Below the pieces are notes generated by a model, which was given only the letters and a program-made list of their open reading frames with translations, searched no databases and was not told where the DNA came from. A stretch of 64,000 nucleotides of DNA from the human T2T-CHM13v2.0 reference genome, Homo sapiens. The stretch lies in assembly GCF_009914755.1 (NCBI RefSeq), contig NC_060932.1. One strand, given 5' to 3'. How positions within the stretch are numbered: the first letter of the stretch is position 1; each line of letters begins with the position of its first letter. Shown here piece by piece: positions 14,168 to 29,237 of this stretch. A program made the position numbers and the translations under genes.

Positions 14168-14604
14168 GCACCCAGTGAGAAAAAATGTCACCTATACATA
14201 TACAGAATGATCACCGGACTGTTAGCAGTCTTCTTAACAGCAACAAATGGAAGTCAGAGAACTGAAATGTCAAATAATACATAAAAAATACAGACAGCAA
14301 ACCACCATGGCCCTCGAATTATGACCTCCAAAAAACTGTATTTCAAGAATAAAACTGAAAGGCATTTTCAGATAAGCAAAAACAGAATTTATCTCCAGTG
14401 AACCTTCACTAATGGTACTTCTAAAAGATGTTCAGAAATGAAAGAAAATCAAAAACAAAAACCAGCTGAAGGAGCAAAGTGTGAAATATAAGAAGGAATG
14501 AATGAACAAAGAAACAAAATGATAAACATGTGTATATCTAAAGCACATATTACCTATATAGAATAATAGCGTCTAGCTTCATAAGTTAAGAAAAAAATGA
14601 AAAC

Positions 14605-15012
14605 AGCCCAGGCGTGATGGCTCATGTCTGTAATCCCAGCACTTTGGGAGGCCAAGGCACTGGATTACTTGAGCCCAGGAGTTTGAGACTAGTCTGGGCA
14701 ACATGGCAAAACCCAGTTACCGTGAAAAACAGAAAAATTAGCCCATCATGGTGGTGCACGCCTGTAGTCTCAGCTACTTGGGAAGATGAGGCAGGAGGAT
14801 CACTTGAGTCCAAGAGTTCAAGCAAGGCTGTAGTAAGCTGTGATCACACCACTGCACTCCAGCCTGGGCAACAGAGAAAGATGTGTGTATTTAAATTTAA
14901 AAAAAAGAAAAACAGCCAGGTACAGTGATGCATACCTATAGGCCCAGCTACTTGGGAGGCTGAGGTAGGAGGATTCCTTAAGCCCAGGAGTTGGAATCTA
15001 GCCTGGGCAACA
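14605..15012 (+). mobile_element. AluJ followed by a FLAM-like monomer
   Basis: Dimer 14605-14912 then monomer 14914-15012. Confidence 0.88.
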
Positions 15013-15154
15013 TAGTTAAAACAACATAATTAAAACAAAACACTAGACAACAGTACCATGTAAGTTGGGAAAGTGTGATTGCAACAATGTTCTAAGCCTC
15101 TTATATGATCCTGGGAAAGACACTGATTAACTTTAGATTAAAAGATGTACAGTA

Positions 15155-15996
<842 letters not shown>

Positions 15997-16251
15997 TCAA
16001 TTTAGAAAAATCAAGAACAGCAACAATTCAGTCTGACAATATTAAGTATTCGCAACATTGTAGAGTTATGTTAAAATTTTACACTTCTGTGGAAAACTTT
16101 TAGGCACTATCTTACTAGAGAAAAATATGTATACTCGACAACCCAGCAGTACCACTCTTGCATATGGAGAAGAAAGTATGAGGTACATGTGGAGAGAAAC
16201 TAAAATGTTTTTAGCAGCATTGTTCATAACATTAAAAACTAGATACAACCC

Positions 16252-16676
16252 TGTATTCACTTACTGGAGCTGCCATAACAAAATGCCACAGGCTGAGTGG
16301 CTTAAACAACAGAAATGGATTTTTCTCACTGCTTGGGAGAGTAGCAGTCCTGGGTCAAGATGGCGGAAGTCCTGGATCAAGATGGCGGCAGGGGCCTTTT
16401 CCTGGGGCCTCCCTCCTTGGGTTGCAGATGGCTGCCTTCTTGGTGCGTTCCCACAGGGTCTTTCCTCTACGTGCAAATCTTGGTGTCTCCGTGAATCTCA
16501 ATGTCCTCTTCTTATAAGGATACCAGTCAGATTAGATTAGGGCCCAGTCTAACGCCTTATTCTGCCTTAATCAACTTTTCGAAGGTCCCATCTCCAATAC
16601 AGTCACATTCTACGGTTGGGGAGGGTTAGAGCTTCAACATATGCAATTTTGAGGAAAACAATTTAGCCTCGAACAG
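16252..16676 (-). mobile_element. MLT1 MaLR LTR
   Basis: gctgccataacaaaatgccacaggctgagtggcttaaacaacagaaat...gattagggccc. Confidence 0.82.
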
Positions 16677-17185
16677 ACCTAAATGTGTACATAATATACA
16701 TAATAAACAGGAATACATAACCAAATTTTGGAATAAGTACTCAAAGGAATGTTATGCAGAAGTAACATGAATGAATTACATGTGATAAAATGAAAAATAT
16801 TGAGTAAGAAAAGCAAGTTGCAAAAGACTACCTCCATTCTAATACCATTTTTATATAGGAAAAGAAAAGCAAAAACAGCATACAATGTAGTGATATGTAT
16901 ATATGATTTCACTATTTTTATAAGGCATGGGAATAATAAATCTAAAGTTCAAGACAGTGGTTACCTCTTGGGGAGATAGAAACCTACAGTGTTGGTAATG
17001 TCCTAAGTCATAAGTTGGGTGGCAGGCTATGGGTATTCATTTAATGCATCATTACTAATATCTACTTATATCATCATGTACATATTTATATCTGATGTGT
17101 ATATCATTACATATTATTGTATGTATCAAATATAATGATATTAGGTATTAAAAACACCTCTTATGGAGGAGAACTGGGGAGGTGT

Positions 17186-17697
17186 TGCTTTTACCGTTTC
17201 GAAAAAAAGTGCAGCTCACTGCCAGCACTCATATAATTTTACATAAACACGCTCCTTGAGGCTGAAGTAAATCTGATTTTCAATGTGAAAATAAAATATA
17301 AAAACAGTTCTTAGAGTTATTTCTCAACAGAATGAACATCAGAATCATCTGAATCGTCTATTTCGGAAAAAATCAGATTCATTAAATGAATCTTCTTTCA
17401 GCCAACAACTTTTCCAGAGCCACGTTAACATCAAATGTAGGAATTCTACGTTTGCTAGGATTTGACATCTTCAGCGATTGAGAATTACTATATTTTCTAA
17501 ATGGAAATACCAGTACTAAAAACAGGATGCTATAAATAGAATGATGTCTTTTGTTTCCGAAGTCAATATATTAGAGCAATGGGAAAATAACAACAGAAGT
17601 GAGATAGTTCCTGACAAATTAAAAGCGAGGTAGTTCCTATCAAAGTTATGCTGGGCAAACGCCGCCAGCAAGGATTCTCAGAGCAAACAGCAAAAAG
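17186..17697. mobile_element. MER75 piggyBac non-autonomous element
   Basis: aaaaaaagtgcagctcactgccagcactcat...ttttacataaacacgctccttgaggctgaag matches the MER75 consensus; about 510 bp. Confidence 0.85.
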
Positions 17698-17950
17698 TAC
17701 TAAGTTTCAGTTAGACGGATGAATAAGTTCTGAAGATCTATTGTATAGCATGGTAACTATAATAATAATGCATTGTATACTTGAAATTGCTAAGAGATTA
17801 GATCTTAAATGTTCTTACCACGAGAAAATGATAAGCATGTGAGGTGATGGATATATTAATTAGCTTGATTTAATCATTTCACAATGCATACATATATCAA
17901 AGCATCACATTATATGCCATTTTTAATTGTCAATCATACCTTAATAAAGC
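17698..17950 (+). mobile_element. L1M 3' end
   Basis: aagtttcagttag...gaataagttctg...gtgaggtgatggatatattaattagcttgattt...aataaagctg. Confidence 0.82.
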
Positions 17951-17958
17951 TGAGGGGG

Positions 17959-18266
17959 TGCCAGGCATGGTGGTTCACCACTATAATCTCAGCTACTCCG
18001 GACAATGAGGTGAGAGGATCACTTGAGGCCAGGAGTTCGAGACTAGCCTGGGCAACATAGCGAGATCCCTGTCTCCTAAAAAAAAAAAAAAATTATTAGC
18101 CAGGTGTGGTGGTCCACACTTGCAGTCCTCCGTACTCAGAAAGCTGAGGCAGGAGGATCCCCTGAACACAGGAGCTCAAGGTTACAGTGAGCTACGATCA
18201 CACCACTACACTACCCTGGGTGACAGAGGGAGGCCCCATCTCAAAAAATAAAAACTAAAAAAAAAA
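17959..18266 (+). mobile_element. AluJ
   Basis: Diverged dimer; TSD aaagctgag(g/a)gggt. Confidence 0.9.
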
Positions 18267-18610
18267 GCTGAGAGGGTAACACCTCTTATGACAACATATT
18301 TTTATGTAGACCTCTTTGCAAATGGATGTTAACTCATTTATACTACTGTACACTTGTCCTAATTTTATATTTTGAATAATTTAGTGGTGGGTGTGGAATT
18401 AGAGGAAGTCTTTGTAGAGAATAGAATGTGTCTCTGGTAACTGATTATCCATATACTGGACTTCCTTCCTTCTGCAATTCAAATATAGCACACTTGTAAT
18501 TTCATCTCATGATCATAGTAATAGCATAGTCAAAATCTACCTGTTTGAGACTTCTCATCCTTGTAAACTAATAATTGTGATAGCATAAGCATATGCATGA
18601 CTTTCTTTAG

Positions 18611-18822
18611 AGCTGGTTTCTCGACCTCAGCATTACTGACCATTCAGGGCAGCTGTGGATGACCGTCCTGTACCAGCATAGAATGTTTAGCAGCAAGCAT
18701 CTCTGATCTTTCCACCACTAGATGTCACTAGCACACCCCCACTCCCCACCCCCAGTCAAGACAATCAAAAAACGTCTCCTGAGGTTGACAAATGTCCCTT
18801 GTGACAAAATCAATGTTCTAGA
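18611..18822 (+). mobile_element. MER20 DNA transposon
   Basis: ggtttctcgacctcagcattactgac...gacaatcaaaaaacgtctcc...acaaatgtccc. Confidence 0.75.
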
Positions 18823-21435
18823 GAATTTCCGATTCAAATGACCCTTAGAGACTATATACTGAAATTATTTTTTCATATCTCATTCTACTTTTCTATCTTG
18901 CTAAATAAGTTCATGTTTTGTTCCTTAATGTAAAGATCTTAGTTTGCCATCAAAACACTGCTGACCACATTATCACATAGAAACACTAGTGATAAATAAA
19001 TTTTATTTTTTTCTTAATGTTTCACTTCACAAAATACTGTGGAGGTAGACTGAGGATAAGGTACCTGAACATCTGTGTGTTGCCCTGTTAATGAAATTTA
19101 ATTTTAATCTTCTATAGCTGTGAACAAATCCATACTTTTACTTAAACTTTACCAATTATGTTATGGGGACTATAAAATACTATACAGAAAGCTGTCTTTC
19201 TATTTTTATATCAAGATCTTTATATATTTAATTAGCATTATTTCTTAGAATGTATTGATCAACAATAAAATTATTGGCTCAAGATTATGAATAGTTGTAG
19301 AGCTCTTGAAGATACTGCCATATTGCTTTACTGAACGATTATGCCAGTTTATACCATCATGTGAACTGGTTTGAAATCATACCATTGACTCTTCTAAACT
19401 CTACTAAGAAAATAAGATTTTCTCCATCCACCGTAAGGATATTGGCTTTCTCAATTCTTTCAAATGCTTTCCAATTTCTAGAAACTATTACTGTGATGAT
19501 CAAAGATAAAAGTATTGTTTTGCAGTTTTTGACCTTACATCTATTGATTGACAGTTATCTGTTGTCTAGGCCTTAAAGAACTACCAAAAAAATTGAATTG
19601 GCTTTGTATCCATACATATTCAAGTTATAGGTAAGTGCAGAAATAAAACAATGGGTAATAAATTAAATATACAATGAATTATGCAAATGCTACCCTTCTT
19701 ACTTCATCACCTGGAGACTGATGACATCCATGGATGTGACACATCTGATATCACTCCTAAAACAGAAATGCCACATTTGGATATAATTGCATCCAAGTCA
19801 GATTGGGTCTTAACTGTGACACCTAGAAATTTCCTGTATTTGAAACACTGCAAAATTCAAACTAAAAGCCAGCCTTTCATCCTGACTCAAGCCACCAACA
19901 AAAGCACTTTATTTTGTGACATAAGATACTTGAGAATTTTGGTTCCAAAACTTTTGTTCCAAGATTGCCCTCCTGAGTTATAAACTTCATGAATTTAATA
20001 ATAAGAAATTTAAGTTCAATAATTTTCCCTTAAAATGTATTTCATGCTCTTATCATAATACAATTGTAACAGGAAAATGAATAGGCATTACTACTGATTC
20101 TATAGAAATAAAAATGATAAAAGAATACCATAAACCATTGTATGCCAACAAATTGAATAACCTAGATGAGGTGGACAAATTCTTCTAAACACACAATCTA
20201 CCAAAACTGAGCCATGAAGAAACAGAAAATCTGAATAGACATATAGATACTAAGGAGATTCAACTGGTAATCATAAATATTACACACAAAAAAACCCAGG
20301 ACCACATGGGTTCACTGGTGAATTCTACCAAACATTTAAGAAGAATTAACACCAATCTTTCTTAAACGCTTTCAGAAAATTTAAGAGAAGGAGACATTTC
20401 CTAACTATGAGGCCAGTGTTACCCTACTGCCAAAGCCAGACAAAGACACTACAAAATTCTAAGGACTTTTTTTTTCAGAAATAGAAAAATCCAACTTGAA
20501 ATTCTTATGGAATCTCATGGGATACCAAAGAGCCAAAACAAGCTTGAAAAAGAACAAAGTCGGAGTTCTCACACTTTCTTTTTCAAAAATTACTACAAAA
20601 TTTCAGTAATTAACCCAGTGTGGTACTGGCATAAAAATATATATATAAACCAATGGAATAGAACCTAGAGCCCAGGAAAAAGCTCTTAAAAATGTAGTCA
20701 GTTGATTTTTTGACAAGAACGCCTTATTATTCAATAAGGAAAAGACAGTTTTTTCAACAAACAATGCTGGGAAACCTGGATATCCACATGCAAAAGAATG
20801 AAGTTGGACACTTGCTTTACAGCATATACAAAAAATTAACTCAATATGGGTCAAAGATCTAAATCGAAGAGTGTAAATTATAAAACTCTTGGAAGACAAT
20901 CTTCATGACTTGGATTTGGTGGTGACTTCTTGGCTATAACACCAAAACCACAGGCAACAAACAAAAATAATAATAAAATGGACTTCAAATTTTAAGACTT
21001 TTGTACTTTAAAGGACATCAACAAAAGAATAAGAAAATAACTCACTGAGTGGAAGAAAATATTTGCAAATCGTGTACCTGATAAAGGATTAATATCTGCA
21101 ATGTATGAAGAACTTGTATAACTCAACAACAAGCCAGACAACCCAATTCACAGAGCGGTAAGGGACTTAAACAGACATTTCCCCAAGAAAAATACATAGT
21201 GGCTAATAAGCAATGAAAAGATGTTTAACATCATTAGTCATTAAGTAAATGCAAATCAAAATATTGGCCAGGATATGAAGAAAATGGAATTCTTGTGCAT
21301 TGCTAGTGGGAGTGTAAAATAGTACAGCTGCTATGAAAAAAAAATGTTACTTGTTCCTCAAAGAGTTAAACATAGAATTACCATATGATCCAGCGATTCT
21401 TCTCTCAGGTATATACCCCAAAGAACTGAGAACAG

Positions 21436-23885
21436 TCAATAAACCTGGTATTGATGGAACATATCTCCAAATAATAAGAACTATTTCAGACAAGCCCACA
21501 GCCAATATCGTACTGAATAGGCAAAAGCTTGAAGCATTCCCTTTGAAAACTGGCCTGAGACAAGGATGCCCTCTCTCACCACTCCTATTCAACATAGTAT
21601 TGGAAGTTCTGGCTAGGGCAATCAAACAAGAGAAATAAATAAAGGGTAGTCAAATAGGAAGAGAAGAAGTCAAATTGTCTGTTTGCAGATGACATGATTG
21701 TATATTTAGAAAACCCCATCATCTCAGTCCAAAAACTTCTTAAGCTGATAAGCAACTTCAGCAAAATGTCAGGATACAAAATCAATGTGCAAAAATCACA
21801 AGCATTCTTATGTACCAACAACAGACAAGCAGAGAGCCAAATCGTAAGTGAACTCACATTCACAATTGCTACAAAGAGAATAAAATACCTAGGAATATGG
21901 CTAACAAGGGATGTGAAGGACCTCTTCAAGGAGAACTACAAACCACTGCTCAAGGAAATAAGAGAGGACATAAACAAATGGAAAAACATTCCATCTTCAT
22001 GGATAGGAAGAATCAATATCATGAAAATGGCCATACTGCCCAAAGTAATTTATAGATTCAATGCTATTCCTATCAAACTACCATTGACAGTCTTTACAGA
22101 ATTAGAAAAAACTATTTTAAATTGCATATGGAACCAAAAAAGAGCCCATATAGCCAAGACAATTATAAATAAAAAGAACAAAGCTGGAGGCATCATGCTA
22201 TGTCACTTCAAACTATACTGCAAGGCTACCAGAACCAAAACAGCATGGTACTGGTACCAAAACAGACATATAGACCAGTGGAACAGAACAGAGATCTCAG
22301 AAATAACACCACACATCTACAACCATCTGATCTTTGACAAACCTGACAAAAGCAAGCAATGGGGAAAGGATCTCCTATTCAATAAATGGTTCTGGGAAAA
22401 CTGGCTAGCCATATTCAGAAAAATGAAACTGCACCCCTTCCTTACACCTTACACAAAAATTAACTCAAGATGGATTAAAGACTTAAATGTATCCATCTAA
22501 ATGTATCCTGGCAAAAACAAAAAAAGCCAAAATTGACAAATGGGATTTAATTAAACTAAAGAGCTTCTGCACAGCAAAAGAAATGCGCATCAGAGTGAAC
22601 AGGTAACCTACAGAATGGGAGAAAATTTTTGCAATCTACCCACCTGACAAAGGTCTAATATCCAGAATCTACAAGGAACCTAAACAAATTTACAAGAAAA
22701 AAACAAACCCTTTGACCCTATCAAAAAGTGGTCAAAGGATATGAACAGACAACTTCTCAAAAAAAATACACTGGCCGGGCACACTGGCTCATGCCTGTAA
22801 TCCCTGCACTTTGGGAGGCTGAGTCGGGCAGATCATGAGGTGAGGAGTTCGAGATCAGCCTTCCCAGCGTGGTGAAACTCTGTCTCTACTAAAAATACAA
22901 AAAGTTAGCTGGGCATGGTTGTGCATGCCTGTAATCCCAGCTACTCAGGAGGCTGAGGCAGGAGAATCACTTGAACTCAGAAGGCAGAGGTTGCATTGAG
23001 CCGAGATGGTGCCACTGCACTCCAACATGGGCAACAGAGCAAGACTCTGTCTCAAAAAAAAAAAAAAAAAAAGAAGAAGAAGAAGACATTTATGTGGCCA
23101 AACAGATAAAAAAAAGCTCAACATCATTGATCATTAGAGAAATGCAAATCAAAACCACAATGAGATACCATCTCACGCCACTAAGAATGGCAATTATTAA
23201 AAAGACAAGAAACAATAGATGCTGATGAAGCTTTGGAGAAATAGGAACGCTTTTATACTGTTGGTGGGAATGTAAATTAGTTCAACCACTGTGGAAGGCA
23301 GTGTGGCGATTCCTCAAGGATCTAGAACCAGAAATACCATTTGACCCAGCAATCCCATTACTTGGTATATACCCAAAGGAATATGAATCATTCTACTATA
23401 AAGACACATGCACACATGTTTATTGCAGCACTATTTACAATAGCAAAGACATGGAACCAACCCAAATGCCCATCAATTATAGACTGGATAAAGAAAATGT
23501 CGTACATATACATGATGGAATACTATGCAGCCATAAAAGGGAATGAGATCATGTTCTTTGCAGGGACATGGATGAAGCTAGAAACCACCATCCTCAGCAA
23601 ACTAACACAGGAACAGAAAACCAGATACCACAAGTTCCCACTCATAAGTGGGAGCTGAACAATGAGAACATATGGACACAGGGAGGGGAACAACACACAG
23701 CAGGGCCTGTTGGGGGCTGGGGGGCAAGGGGAGGGAGAACATTAGGACAAATAGCTAATCCATGCAGGGCTTAAAAGCTAGATAATGGGTTGATAGGTGC
23801 AGCAAACCACCATGGCACACACATACCTAGGTAACAAACCTGCACGTTCTGCACATGTATCCCGGAACTTAAATTTTATAAAAAC
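21436..23885 (+). mobile_element. 5'-truncated L1PA (ORF2 RT/C-terminal part and 3'UTR), defective
   Basis: [25 protein letters not shown] at 21682-21693, 268-aa ORF 21694-22500; L1PA 3'UTR; TSD aaagaactgagaacag / aaacaattgagaacag; stop at 21636 plus frameshift. Confidence 0.93.
22773..23085 (+). mobile_element. AluS inserted in L1PA
   Basis: Full Alu with A/GAA tail. Confidence 0.93.
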
Positions 23886-26474
23886 AATTGAGAACAGTGA
23901 CTCAAACAGATACTCAGTGTTCACTGTAGCATTATTTGCAATAGCCAAAAGGTGGAAACATCTTTTGTGCTTATCAATAGATGAATGGATAAACAACATA
24001 TGGTGTATAGACATAATGGAATATTATTCAGCCATGAAAGAAATGAAATTGTGATACCTGCTACTATATGAATGAACCCTGAAAACATTATGCTAAGTGA
24101 AATAAACAGACACTAAGGGGAAAATATTGTATGATTTAACTTACAGGAGGTACATGGAATAGGGAAATACACAGAGACAAAAGTAGAACAGAGGTTATTA
24201 GGGACTAAGGAGGAGAGAATGAGGAGCTACTTATTTAATGGTACATTTTCTGTGTAGGATAATGAAAAGATTCTCGAGATGGATGATGGTGAAGGCTGTA
24301 CAACATTGTGAATATACTTAATGCCACTGAAATGTACACTTAAAATGGTCAATGTGGTAAATTTTATGTTGCATATATTTACCACAACTTAAAAATAATA
24401 AGAGATAATTTGAGATGTTAGCTGCACAGCTAGGCACAGTTGAAATCAAGTTGAAATGTTGAAATCAAGTTTTTAATCAATGAACGAGAATGTGAACATC
24501 TAAACACTCATAATTCAATTGGCTGTAGTTAAGCTCTGCTCTTACATGATTTAGACACTCTACATGCCACATTCTCTTAAAACTTTTACATGGCAATATT
24601 TAGATACCCATTCTTTAAGAGAAAAAGATGTGTTGTGAATTAGGAAACAAGAAGCTCTAACTCTCATACTTAAAAAGAGATGTTTACAAAAGTCAGAGGA
24701 AGAAAGCAAGCCAAATTTTCTTCAATAATAGCAGTCAGTCATGCATATGAGACAGACCCTAGTTAGGTCCTTAGTTTTTTCATCTGCAAAACAAGATTAG
24801 CAGTATTGATTAGGTACCAACTCTCTGCTGTGTCCCCCGCCTCATCATCACTGAGAAGTAAACATCTGAGCAGAACTCAAGCTCTAAACTGAAAATAAGA
24901 AAATGAGTAATCTCATTTTTATATGTTAATCCATATTTAATGTACATCATAAAATATTAACAGCACTTTTTAAAAATTTTGGCAAGTTCTGGAGGAAAAA
25001 CATTTCCCAGGGAGGCATACATAAACTTTTCTGTGTTTTATACAAAGGGAAATCTACTCTTATTAAAATATCAGACCTATTTTTATGTAACACTTTTTAA
25101 AAATAACATTAAATGACACAACTCAATAAAACAAGATACACTGGAGAAAGATCTTCTTAGAGTTCTGAACTTAAAATAGAACGATGGAGGCACTGCAAAT
25201 CATTGAGAAAGACCGGGATTATGCAGCCCAACGTTTGAGGACATGACTCACCATTTGGGGGGAGAAAGCTTTCAGAAGATCATCTTACAATATATACCAC
25301 AATTTTATATTAGCAGAAGACAGAACTTAATATTTTGTGAGCCTTTTGGTGAAAAAGCCCATTGTAAGGTGAAAAGAATTAAAAATGAAAACACAAGGGA
25401 AAAGATGAGCAAATTTGACTGCAACAGCAACAAAAGCCTAATTTAAAAAATTTAAAATGAATTATAATTAATATTTAGTTTAACCTTTAAAGGTAAACAA
25501 CAAATGGAAAATATACACATAAAGGACATAAGACAAAGGTGACTATCTTTGCTTGAAAAGGAACCCATATCGAACTCGTAGCCCCTCCATCGCTATCAAA
25601 AAGAACGGATAGGGTTTAATTCCTTATCTTAGAGAAAGGTCTGGAGATGTAGATATACATACCCCTCCACTCCTGGATTAAGGAGATGCAGTAAAAGAGA
25701 GAAAGTTCTGTTTTTTATCTGCATTTTGTATTGTTTTAATTTTAAAATAAGTGTGTATTACTTTTGGGATTTAAAAAAGACATACATTTTTAGGATAAAA
25801 TGCAGCATCATAACAGAGAAAAAAATTCATTAAAACAGGAAATAGTACTAGTAAACATGGATAAATAACTAAACTCAGTCATAATCAAAGAGAAACTAAC
25901 GAAATACATGTTGTCATTTTGCTTCTATCAAATTAGAAGAATAGGAAACACAGTCGCTAATGCTGTTATGTAATGATGACGACAGGATCAATCAGTATCC
26001 CTTTGGTAAGGCAATTTAGCAATACATTCAAGAGCTCCAAAACAATTCATAGCCTTCACCCAATCATTTCATTTCTGATAAATCCATTTTAAGAAGTAAT
26101 TTATTCTAAGGAATAATATATTAAAAACGTATAATAATAATAATAATATAAATTCATTTCTGATAAATCGATTTTAGAAGTAATTTATTCTAAGTAATTT
26201 ATTCTAAGGAATAATAATATAAAAAGAGCTCCACATGAAAAGGTAGAAATAATAAATGTCCAATAACATGGAAATGATTATATATGAATCATACATGCAT
26301 TCAGTGAAATATTAGACAACCAATAAAAGCATGCTTAAAAAGCTATCTGATAATGTAATATAAAAATATATTATTTCCAATAATATATAAATCACAGAAA
26401 AATTTTAAACAAAAATTAGACTTCTAATTGTCTATACAGTACAACAATAACTATATACTTTTACAAAATACCTA

Positions 26475-26807
<333 letters not shown>

Positions 26808-27130
26808 TTAATATGCCAAATGTTACCCCAAAATGGTTGTGTTTACAGGCATGTAAGCTTTTACTACAGGGCTGACACATAGGAAGTATTAATAAGAGCA
26901 GCTATTATTTTTGCTTTGTTATTATGAATGGCAATACATATTTATTTTTTATTTAATGATCTGGTATGACTTTAAAATAAAAACTAATCCTCTTGAAAGA
27001 ATTAGAAACTAAATTTGAATGGGGGTGACTTCTGGGTATTGCAATTACGGGTAATTTGTACTTTCTTGCTTGTCTTTTTCTGAATTTTATACAAGAAACA
27101 TATATTCCTTATATAAATGTTAAGGGGGGG

Positions 27131-27483
<353 letters not shown>

Positions 27484-29067
27484 TAACACATGGTTCTTAC
27501 TGATCTGAACACATTACTGCTCTGAAGTTCACTCAGAGTCAATTTATTGAAATCATATTCACTACAATATGTTCATATCTATCAAGATAAGTGACCTGGA
27601 AAGCAGGACTTACACTTTTTACTCTTTATACCTCTGTAAAGTTTTACTTTCTTATACTGAACATGTATAAATGTATTATCTATATAATTTTTTAAATAAT
27701 TTAAAGGAAAACTTGGAGAAAAACAAACTGTTTTGTCCTCAGACTATAATCAGGGCACTTAATACTGTTGTGACAAAAGTAATACAGTAACTATCAACTA
27801 GTAATCTCAAACTAGTTATTTCAAACAGATACGTTGCTTTTACGAAGGAGATGACTGTATTTGGAAGGTAGTTCAGAAAAAGAGAAAAAAGCCAACCAGC
27901 CAGTTATTTCTCCATTTTGTTGTCTTGGTAACTAAGGCAGCTGCGTGAGCTGTTTTCTATTATTTTCCAATCCTGTTCCAGAAAGAAAATTTTTAAATAG
28001 GAAAGCAGATATACCGAGAATGTAATTAATCTCCCTGAAAACGGACCATTACAAATAATGTTACTGGACACAAGGATAAAAAAGAACCCAAACAAAAGTA
28101 CTAGAAAAATATAAACCTAATGCTAAAGGGTGTTACACATTTGGTTCCCTTTACAGAGTTAATAGGAAACGATTTTTCAATAGGCTCAAAATTTCTACAG
28201 CTGGAATCTAAAAGGCCCAGGCAAGTGTGGCTTACTCAGAAACCAGTCAGAGTGGAGAAACGCTTCGTCGGGCCAAAATCACTAATACAAAGAAATAAAA
28301 CTTCCCTGGTGAAAGCTCCAAAGAGCAAAGAGCATGACTTCATGGAATAAATCGTTCTAAATGGAGTCTGTTTTCAACAGCCACATGTAAAGTGAAATTG
28401 ATTCTACCATAAGTAACTCAAGAAAACAAAGATTTGGAGCAACAGGAACTATATTACAGAGCTATATTAGTATAACATATCACAAAGCTTTTGCATGTAT
28501 GTAACTTTCTAAAACAGGTTGCTTACAATCAACCACATACATCCCACCAATATCTGCAGAGTAGAAATGTAAAGAGCTATAGTTGGGTTGGTATTTGCTC
28601 TTAGTTGGGTTGGTATTTGCCTAGATTCAAGTCAGCTCTACTTGACACAAGTGAAAATGTTAATAAATTGTATTAAATTTGAGAGCATAAAAAAGAACAA
28701 GAATCCTGTTTTCTATATTTTTCTCTCTTACTCTACACATTGCCCAGCACAGATGAATGATTTATCTTTTAGTGAATCAATAAACCAGCTGGGAAAATGT
28801 CAGAGATATCAGTTAGTGATAGAAAAAGATACACCCTCAGATTCAAGCAATTAACACAATAAGTAAGCAGCATTATTTTCTGGGTGGGCCAGCTTCCAAA
28901 AACCATTTTTCAAGTTAAAAGAAAAACTCAAGTAATCCTAAAAACCATACTATTTGAGTTACTCTCTACACAGGACAGAAAAAAAAATGAGTTTAATTAT
29001 AGACCCTGTTTTTCATATTCAAAAATAAAGTTTTTAGTTATTTTAGTTATTACAAAAACAGACTGTG

Positions 29068-29237
29068 ACACAAAAATTAGCCGGGCGTGGTGACGCATGC
29101 CTGTAATCCCAGCTACTCGGGAGGCTGGGGCAGGAGGATCCCTTCAACCAGGGACGTGGAGGTTGCAGTTAGCCAAGATTGCACCACTGCACTCCAGCCT
29201 GGGCAACAGAGAGAGACTCTAAAAAAAAAAAAAAAAA
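29068..29237 (+). mobile_element. 5'-truncated Alu (right arm)
   Basis: aaaattagccgggcgtgg... plus A-tail. Confidence 0.9.

Larger units (their letters stand above)
20070..24400 (+). mobile_element. L1M (L1MB-like) ORF2/3'UTR relic hosting an L1PA
   Basis: ORF2-like sequence 20070-21435 resumes at 23898 and runs to a 3' end at about 24400. Confidence 0.85.

Noticed and set aside
21694-22500. 268-aa reverse-transcriptase-like ORF as an active or novel RT gene
   Set aside because: It is part of a 5'-truncated L1PA with an upstream stop, a frameshift, an internal deletion and an Alu insertion
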